From: Eledone cirrhosa
Lineage: Eukaryota
Length of the DNA: 64,000 nucleotides
Assembly: GCA_964016885.1 (NCBI GenBank)
Contig: OZ024750.1
Location: 39,184,001 to 39,248,000, forward strand
Direction of reading: 5' to 3'
The translations under genes and the position numbers were made by a program. Positions within the stretch are counted from its first letter, which is position 1, and every line of letters starts with the position of its first letter. The notes beneath the pieces were generated by a model. It saw only the letters and a program-made list of their open reading frames with translations, searched no databases and was not told the DNA's origin. Positions 54,246-64,000 of the stretch are shown one piece after another.

Positions 54246-57200
54246 GCAAGGACCCCATTCAATCATTACCTTCTATCTAGCTACCCAACACCCCTCTCTC
54301 CCGCCCCCACGCACCACCATTGCTATTACGTGGACCAATCATAAGCCAGAGCCCCCACGCATCACCAGTATTATTATTACGCGGACCAATCAGAAGCCAG
54401 AGGCCTATACTATCGCTTGCCTGGTTGCCTTTCGATATATGATGGATGGATGGACTGCGGAATCCTGGAAAGTGGAGGAGAGAGAGAGAAAAATCTGGAC
54501 GCTCAGCGACAATGCCAAAGATAAAGACAAATTCACCTCTTGGACGAGAATGCGAGCACTCCTCATTGTTTCGACCGCGGACGGCTAACATAACCCCATC
54601 GCCCCCCGCCCCCCACCGCCCCCAACCCCCAAACGCAATCCAAAACTTCAGAGTTGGTACCATAAATGTAGGCACCCTAAAGGGTCGCGCTAACGAGGTT
54701 GTAGAAATGCTTGAACGTAAGGAGGTCGATGTTTGTTGTATTCAAGAGACCAGGTGGAGGGGTGGGTCTGCTAGATTCATTGAGGGTAAAAAACGATGTT
54801 ATAAGCTTTTCTGGGTGGGAAACGACGATGGGCTGGGTGGAGTAGGAATCATGGTAGCGGAAAAGTGGGCAGATAAGATAATAGACGTAAATAGAGTGAA
54901 CGACAGAATAATTAAAATACGACTTGTCCTCAATAGAACTACGGTGACAGTAATATCTGCGTACGCACCCCAATCCGGACTGCCCGGCACTATAAAAGAC
55001 AGATTCTATGAGACACTGATGCTAACTACCTCCCAAATATCCGACAGTGACTATATAATTATTGCAGGCGACCTAAATGGTCACGTTGGACAACATTGTG
55101 ACGGCTACGACGAAATCCATGGAGGCTATGGGTTTGGTACTAGAAATGAGGAAGGCTCCAGAATCCTGGAATTCTGTGACGCAAATAACCTAACTATCTG
55201 TAACACTAACTTCAAAAAACGTGACAATCACCTGATCACCTATAGATCCGGGGAACACACAAGCCAGGTAGATTATATCCTTACCAGAAGACGTGACAGA
55301 GTGTCTGTTGTAAACACCAAATCCCTCCCCCATGAAGAATGCACCTCCCAAAATAGACTGATAATTAGCGACCTCATAGTCAGGACGAGACGTACTCGAC
55401 AGCAGAAGAGGACTATCCTCAGGAGAAAAATATGGAAGCTAAAGGACCCCACAGCCAGGAATAAATTTCAAAGCATATTACTTGATGCTTTCGACAGTAA
55501 GGAAGAACATTTAGAGTCGGACAATATAGAGGGAGAGTGGGAATTTCTGAAAGCAAACCTGCTGTTGGCGACAGACGAAGTCTGTGGCTGGAGCAGGCCT
55601 GTAGGCAGGAGGAGAGTAATATGGTGGTGGAACAGTAAGGTGAAGGGGTCAATTAAGGCCAAAAAGCAGGCTTGGAAAGTATGGCGGGATGGGGGAAGTA
55701 GAGAAGACTATCAAGTGGCCAGGAGGGAAGCTAGGAGACAAGTGTACTTAGCAAGAAGGGAAGCTGAGGAAAGAAAGTTCAAGCATGTTCTACAACGCGA
55801 TGACCAAAAACGTGAGGTGTTCAGGATTGCTAGGCAATGCGTCAAGGAAAACCGTGGTATTGTCGGGGAGAAGTGTGTACTAAACGACGATGGCACACTT
55901 GCCATCACTGACGCTGATAAGAAGGTAGCTTGGAAGTGTCACTACTAAAGGCTACTAAATGAGGAGAATAAATGGGAGAAAGACAGTCTCCCCCATATCG
56001 ACCCAATAGAGGGACCAGCAGTGTTAGTCGAGGGGAGTATAATAAGTAAGGCAATCAAGGATATGAAGACGGGTAAGGCGGCTGGGCCTTCGGAAATAGT
56101 TGCTGAGATGCTGAAGGCATCTGGCACGGTGGGACACACCATGGTCACCCGCATAGTTAACCAAGTCGTACAGAATGGGGTTGTTCCAAAGGACTGGCAT
56201 AGCAGCATCATCGTTAACTGTTATAAGGGTAAAGGAGACGCCCTAGATAGGAGTAACTATAGAGGCATTAAAATAATCGACCAGGTCATGAAGGTCACGG
56301 AAAAAGTAATAGCGCAACTAATCAGAGAGAGAATCGACCTAGATGAAATGCAGTTCGGGTTTGTGTCAGGCAAAAGTACCACAGACGCTCTTTTCATAGT
56401 ACGACAACTACAGGAGAAGTACCTAGCTAAAGGTAAACCCCTCTACTTAGCTTTTGTCGACTTGGAGAAAGCCTTCGACAGAGTCCCCCGCTCCATTATC
56501 TGGTGGGCTCTTAGAAAACTAGGCGTTGATGAATGGCTTGTGAGGGCTATACAAGCCATGTATAAAGAAACAGTCAGCAAGGTTAGAATTAACAACGAAT
56601 ATAGTGAAGAGTTTAGCGTAAAAGTTGGCGTCCATCAGGGCTCTGTTCTCAGCCCCCTACTATTTATTATTGCCCTTCAGGCTATAACAGAGGAGTTCAA
56701 GTCAGGCTGCCCATGGGAACTCCTATACGCAGACGACCTGACACTCATAGCGGAATCAATGGCCGAGCTAGAGAAGAAATTCCAAACATGGAAGCACGGC
56801 CTAGAGTCAAAAGGACTTAAAATTAACCTGGCTAAGACCAAAGTTCTAGTTTGTAGGAAAGAAAACAAGGCGGCGGTCCCTTCTGGGAAATGGTCGTGCT
56901 CGGTGTGTAGGAAAGGCGTAGGTAGAAACTCCATTTTATGTCCTAAATGCAAAGTATGGGTGCATAAAAGATGTAGTGGGATCACAGGTAAGCTAACTAA
57001 GAACATAGATTTTACATGTGGCCGGTGTTCTGGTGCAATAAGTAGCAGCAAGTGCCCACAAAATACTAGCTCTTTCAATTGAGCAGAGGGTTCTATAGAA
57101 ATAGTGGACAGCTTCCGTTACCTGGGCGATAAAATCAGCAGTGGGGGAGGGTGCTCTGAAAGTACTGTAGTTAGAGTCAGAACTGGTTGGAAAAAGTTCA

Positions 57201-58074
57201 GAGAGCTTATACCACTATTAGCTGCTAAAGGGTTCTCCCTAAAAATGAAAGGCAGGTTGTACGATGCCTGCATACGAACAGCAATGCTGCATGGCAGTGA
57301 GACCTGGGCATTGTGTGCAGAGGATATACGCAGACTAGAGAGGAACGAAGCTTGCATGCTCCGCTGGATGTGTAACAGTAATATACGTGAACGGCAAAGC
57401 ATAAACGAACTAAGGAAAAAATTAGAGATAAGAGGGATCAGATGTTGTTTACTCGAGAGAAGGCTACGTTGGTATGGACACGTGATGCGCATGAAAGTCG
57501 ATAGCTGTATAACAAAGTGCAGGGCAATAAAGATAGACGGTAGTCACGGAATAGGCAGACCTAGAAAAACCTGGGACGAGCTGATAAACTCCGACATCAC
57601 ACACTTACACCTCTCCAAGACAATGTCACTGGACCGAGACCTTTGGCGGTACTCAGTAACAGAGAAGACCCGCCTTACCTAAATATATAGTAAAACCTAC
57701 TCCAACCAGTAGGCATCTCTAACAAAATACACCCCGTCCCACCACCCCCACCCCATCCACACCACCCCGTTCTATGTAAAGTTATGTTGGTGCCGCGCCA
57801 TAGGCTGAAACAAATGAGATCGTGTAGGTGTTACGACAAAAAAACACACAGTCCACGCTGTAATGTGGCCGTGTAGGCAACACGGTAAAAACCTCCCAGA
57901 CCCACACTGTAAATGTGGTTGGTGTTAGGAAGGGCATCCAACTGTAGAAAACCTGCCAGACAGTCCTATGCGAGCAAGACAATCACTCTTGCCTCAAGTG
58001 GGACTACCCCCGTCCAAACCCATGCAAGCGTGGAACACGGACGTTAAACGTTGATGATGATGATGATGATGATG
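54246..58074 (+). mobile_element. Near full-length RTE-clade LINE
   Basis: APE endonuclease (GTINVGTL, CIQETRW, SAYAPQ, GDLNGH, VDYIL), RT (GVHQGSVLSP, LYADD) and RTE C-terminus (RRLRWYGHVMR, GRPRKTW). Ends in a (GAT)n tail and is flanked by (TA)n. Confidence 0.95.
54446..57682 (+). pseudogene. RTE APE-RT ORF with two in-frame stops (55946-55948 TAA, 57080-57082 TGA)
   Basis: ORFs starting at 54446, 56021 and 57104 share one reading frame. Confidence 0.9.
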
Positions 58075-58246
58075 ATATATATATATATAAAGTCTGCGGT
58101 GCTGAAATCAGGGAGACCACAAATCAGGGTAGTACTCTATGCATGGGGAGAAGCAGAGTGGGTGTAAAGGAAGGCAAACACTCGACCACGATGCCTAGTG
58201 GTTTAGACTTGGATTCGGCCAGCCTTTTTAAGGGTGTAATATATAC

Positions 58247-58279
<33 letters not shown>

Positions 58280-58514
58280 TATTGCACCTCTCAAAGGAGA
58301 TGACACAGGACCGTGATCTCTGGTGTGATGCAGTAATGCAGGGGCTGAGGCATACATCTAGTATGCCCCATTTTCCCTCCCATCACACTTCCCTTGTATT
58401 TACCCTCCACATATCCTAACACCCCCACCTCTAAATATACCTCCCCAGTTCCCCATGCATCTCCCCCTCCCAATTCCTCAATCCACACTAAAGTAGTCAT
58501 CTTAGTGTCAGGGC

Positions 58515-59600
58515 AATGAGCACCCAGTCGACTCTGTAAAGTGGTTGTGTTGCTATCATGACAAAAAGCACCCAGTCCACTCTATAAAATGGTTGCGTTG
58601 CTATCATGACAAAAAGCACCCAGTCCACTCTGTAAAGTGGTTGTGTTGCTATCATGACAAAAAGCACACAGTCCACTCTGTAAAGTGGTTGTGTTGCTAT
58701 CATGACAAAAAGCACACAGTCCACTCTGTAAAGTGGTTGTGTTGCTATCATGACAAAAAGCACACAGTCCACTCTGTAAAGTGGTTGTGTTGCTATCATG
58801 ACAAAAAGCACACAGTCCACTCTTTAAAGTGGTTGGGTTGGTATTATGACAAAAAGCACACAGTCCACTCTGTAAAGTGGTTGTGTTGCTATCATGACAA
58901 AAAGCACACAGTCCACTCTGTAAAGTGGTTGTGTTGCTATCATGACAAAAAGCACACAGTCCACTCTGTAAAGTGGTTGTGTTGCTATCATGACAAAAAG
59001 CACCCAGTCCACTCTGTAAAGTGGTTGTGTTGCTATCATGACAAAAAGCACACAGTCCACTCTGTAAAGTGGTTGTGTTGCTATCATGACAAAAAGCACA
59101 CAGTCCACTCTGTAAAGTGGTTGTGTTGCTATCATGACAAAAAGCACACAGTCCACTCTGTAAAGTGGTTGTGTTGCTATCATGACAAAAAGCACACAGT
59201 CCACTCTGTAAAGTGGTTGTGTTGCTATCATGACAAAAAGCACACAGTCCACTCTGTAAAGTGGTTGTGTTGGTATTATGACAAAAAGCACACAGTCCAC
59301 TCTGTAAAGTGGTTGTGTTGGTATTATGACAATGAGCCCCCAGTCCACTCTGTAAAGTGGTTGTGTTGGTATTATGACAATGAGCCCCCAGTCCACTCTG
59401 TAAAGTGGTTGTGTTGGTATTATGACAATGAGCCCCCAGTCCACTGTCATGTAGGTGTCACAATAAAAATGACCCAGTACACACTGTAAAGTGGTCGTGT
59501 TGATGACATGACAAAAAGTACTTAGTCCAGACTGTAAAGTAGTCATGTAGTTGTCACGACAAAAATCACTCAGTCCACACTGTATAGTGGTTGGCGTTAG
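58515..59600 (+). repeat. 48-bp tandem array derived from the RTE/SINE 3' internal repeat
   Basis: cagtccactctgtaaagtggttgtgttgctatcatgacaaaaagcaca, about 20 copies, running into the ggcgttaggaagggtatccagcc tail. Confidence 0.92.
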
Positions 59601-59712
59601 GAAGGGTATCCAGCCATAGAAACCAAGTGAAAATCAGTTCTGTGTGAGCCAAACACGGTCCTCCGACCTTGCTTGTCTAAGGCATTGAAAATGAACATTA
59701 CACGATGATGAA

Positions 59713-59743
<31 letters not shown>

Positions 59744-60059
59744 CACAGCAAAAAGCACCCAGCACACAGTCAATGTGGTTGGCGTTAGGAATGGCATCCA
59801 GCCATAGAAAGCCAGTCAGTAACACTCCTATATGAGCGACACATGGTCACCCGACCCAACTTACCTCTAAATGGGACAAACCCGTCTAACCCATGCCAGC
59901 GTGGAAGATAGACATTAATCGATGATGATGAGGATATACACATACATGATGGGTTTCTGTAGTGTCTGTCTATTAAATTCAAAAGACATTGGTCAACCCA
60001 CGATTGTAGTAAAAGACACTTGACCAAGGTGCCATACAGTCGGATTGAATCTGAAACCA

Positions 60060-62197
60060 CATAACATTACTATAACAAACATAACATTACTATAACAAAC
60101 ATAACATTACCATAACAAACAACATTACCATAACAAACAACATTACTATAACAAACATAACATTACCATAACAAACAACATTACCATAACAAACATAACA
60201 TTACCATAACAAACAACATTACCATAACAAACATAACATTACCATAACAAACAACATTACCATAACAAACAACATTACCATAACAAACATAACATTACCA
60301 TAACAAACAACATTACCATAACAAACAACATTACCATAACAAACATAACATTACCATAACAAACAACATTACCATAACAAACAACATTACCATAACAAAC
60401 ATAACATTACCATAACAAACAACATTACCATAACAAACATAACATTACCATAACAAACAACATTACCATAACAAACATAACATTACCATAACAAACAACA
60501 TTACCATAACAAACAACATTACCATAACAAACATAACATTACCATAACAAACAACATTACCATAACAAACAACATTACCATAACAAACATAACAAACAAC
60601 ATTACCATAACAAACATAACATTACCATAACAAACATAACATTACCATAACAAACAACATTACCATAACAAACATAACATTACCATGACAAACATAACAT
60701 TACTATAACAAACAACATTACCATAACAAACAACATTACTATAACAAACATAACATTACCATAACAAACAACATTACCATAACAAACAACATTACTATAA
60801 CAAACATAACATTACCATAACAAACATAACATTACCATAACAAACAACATTACCATAACAAACAACATTACTATAACAAACATAACATTACCATAACAAA
60901 CATAACATTACCATAACAAACATAACATTACCATAACAAACAACATTACCATAACAAACAACATTACCATAACAAACATAACATTACCATAACAAACATA
61001 ACATTACCATAACAAACAACATTACTATAACAAACATAACATTACCATAACAAACATAACATTACCATAACAAACAACATTACTATAACAAACATAACAT
61101 TACCATAACAAACATAACATTACCATAACAAACATAACATTACCATAACAAACAACATTACCATAACAAACATAACATTACTATAACAAACATAACATTA
61201 CCATAACAAACAACATTACTATAACAAACATAACATTACCATAACAAACATAACATTGCCATAACAAACAACATTACTATAACAAACAACATTACCATAA
61301 CAAACATAACATTACCATAACAAACATAACATTACCATAACAAACAACATTACTATAACAAACAACATTACCATAACAAACATAACATTACCATAACAAA
61401 CATAACATTACCATAACAAACATAACATTACCATAACAAACAACATTACCATAACAAACATAACATTACCATAACAAACATTACTATAACAAACATAACA
61501 TTACCATAACAAACAACATTACCATAACAAACATAACATTACCATAACAAACATTACTATAACAAACATAACATTACCATAACAAACATTACTATAACAA
61601 ACATAACATTACCATAACAAACAACATTACTATAACAAACAACATTACCATAACAAACATAACATTACCATAACAAACATTACTATAACAAACATAACAT
61701 TACCATAACAAACAACATTACTATAACAAACAACATTACCATAACAAACATAACATTACCATAACAAACATTACTATAACAAACATAACATTACCATAAC
61801 AAACAACATTACTATAACAAACAACATTACCATAACAAACATAACATTACCATAACAAACATTACTATAACAAACATAACATTACCATAACAAACAACAT
61901 TACTATAACAAACAACATTACCATAACAAACATAACATTACCATAACAAACATTACTATAACAAACATAACATTACCATAACAAACAACATTACTATAAC
62001 AAACAACATTACCATAACAAACATAACATTACCATAACAAACATAACATTACCATAACAAACATTACTATAACAAACATAACATTACCATAACAAACATA
62101 ACATAACATTACCATAACAAACATAACATTACCATAACAAACATAACATTACCATAACAAACATAACATTACCATAACAAACAACATTACTATAACA
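60060..62197. repeat. 18/20-bp satellite, almost G-free on the + strand
   Basis: aacattaccataacaaac(at) units. Confidence 0.95.
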
Positions 62198-62296
62198 TTG
62201 GACAAAAATAGTGTTCACATTCTTTTATCCCATTTACTATTGGCAGCACTGATGTCACCTACTAAATAATTTACTGTTACCTTTCTCTACTTCCAG

Positions 62297-64000
62297 ACAC
62301 ACCACAGCCTGCAATAGAGATGTCCGTTCATTCTACCAGTATATCTACTACTGAACCCCAGCATAGGAATATATACCTGACGTCTTTGGATAACAATAGC
62401 TCTTTGTCACCATCTCAATGTTCAACACTAGCGGCATCAACCCAGTTACCATTATCACTTACCAAGACAGCTACTGCTACTACTACTATTACTACTACTA
62501 CTGTTATGCCGCAAGTTTCAGCCATCAATCCACCAGATCCGTCCACTACAACATTTGACCAGACATCTGTGTTGCCAACATCACAAAATCAGTTGTCTTC
62601 AGACAAACCGAGAGATTTATTTGCTTTAAACAACACCCAGGTTCCAAATTATTTGTCATTGCCTGCCTTAACCACATCATCACCATCAGCTTCTGCATTA
62701 AAAATACAATCGTCTTCCACTTCAAAAGTTCCACCAAGGCCCTGTTCTAGTCCAGAAGCTTCTGTTTCAACATTGTCTTCATCTAAATCTGATGTGTCAT
62801 CGTCATCATCGTCTTCAATTTCTTCTGTTCCCTACACCTTTAAAGTAGAAAATACATTGTTACCTCAGTCAGTCTCTCAGACTCCTTCTTCTAACCAAAC
62901 TGTTGCCCCTAAAGTTATTTCTCCAGTCTCATCTGGTCTCTTATTCACTTCATCTTCACAATCTTCCCCACCCAGCACGCTACCAACCACGCTCCACTCA
63001 TCATTACACAGTTCACAGTTTTGCACTACAACAACAGCAGCAACAATTACTACTACTGTTACTACCACCACTACTACTACTACTTCAAATAAATACTCCA
63101 CCCATCATGCATCACTTCCACAAATGAAATGTCAAACTACTTCATTAGCTCTCAAGGATTTGGTTCCTTGCTCATCTACAAATACTGACTCTTCACCTCT
63201 TAGTTTGTCTCCATATATGGACATGTCAACCACCAGTTCATCTTCAAACCCAAAGATATCAATACCAACTCTATCTCCAAATACTAAACTTGCTTCCCCT
63301 ACTCCAGTTCCACTTGATCCGGAGATTGCCACTCAAGATTCATCAAGAAGCATGTCGCTATTAGTTTCTAATTCAACACCAAACATGATGTCTACAGTAA
63401 CTGGTAGCAGGGTTCTTCCTTCTGCTACTAAAACCCTAGGACTTAACTCATCAACTGATACTAAGGCTTTAGTATCCAACTCCTTAACTAGTACTGAAAT
63501 TTCAACACCTATTTCTTCTTCTGCTACTGTCACTTTGGCCCCTCCCTCTTCTGCTACTAACACTTTAGCTCCTCCCTCTTCTGCTACTGTCACTTTAGCT
63601 CCTCCCTCTTCTGCTACTGTCACTTTGGCTCCTGCCTCTTCTGTTACCAACACATTGGTCCATCCTTCTGCTATTGGCACTATGGCTCCTCTTGCTACTG
63701 ATACCTTAGCACCTACCACAACCCCGTCATCCCTAGTAGCCACTGAGACTCTCACGCCAAACTCTTTACATATTATTAAGACTCAGACATCCAATATCCT
63801 TCCTCTTATTAACACTTCTGTATCTGGATTGTCTACTGCCAACATTGTTCTACCTAGTTCCTTGTTCCACACCAACACACCAGTAATCTCTCTGTCTTCT
63901 CAAACCTCAGCTTTAACTTCCAGCTTTGACACTAAAAATAGCTCCCTAGGACCTCAAACAACAACTCAAACTTCTAATTTATCTGATACTCTCACTTCTG
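62297..64000 (+). CDS. ZNF292-like: Next exon of the same gene, Ser/Thr/Pro-rich, apparently running off the window end
   Basis: ctacttccag acceptor. The phase-1 join G+AC=Asp matches the 52091 donor. Reads DTPQPAIEMSVHSTS... with no stop in the stretch translated. Absence from the ORF track is consistent with no stop inside the window. Confidence 0.8.

Noticed and set aside
57080-57082. In-frame TGA as selenocysteine or programmed readthrough in the RTE ORF
   Set aside because: The copy also has a TAA, and no SECIS was identified. Simple decay is more likely.
60060-62197. Telomere-like array
   Set aside because: The unit is not TTAGGG-like, and it lies within an intron between phase-matched exons.

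Overview
AT-rich, repeat-dense animal genomic DNA, not prokaryotic. The SINE families, RTE LINEs and dense (TA)n tracts suggest an octopus or other coleoid cephalopod (inference). The right half holds a + strand spliced gene of the RLF/ZNF292/ZNF654 family with seven phase-consistent coding exons from 40290 to past the window end. Its last visible intron carries a near-intact RTE LINE with two in-frame stops and no frameshift. The rest comprises tRNA-derived SINEs, LINE fragments, MITEs, a Penelope-like GIY-YIG fragment and several satellites, some visibly derived from transposons. Most ORF-track entries are repeat artefacts. The most striking unannotated signal is about 20 short (100-400 bp) non-coding islands, nearly all between (TA)n tracts. 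They carry intact or degenerate type I hammerhead ribozyme cores from several unrelated families, are often folded into inverted repeats, and many share a 3' ACTC...GAGTAC hairpin. They are best read as pLTR-only Penelope-like insertions or retrozyme-like elements that target (TA)n. All calls were made by eye and boundaries are approximate.
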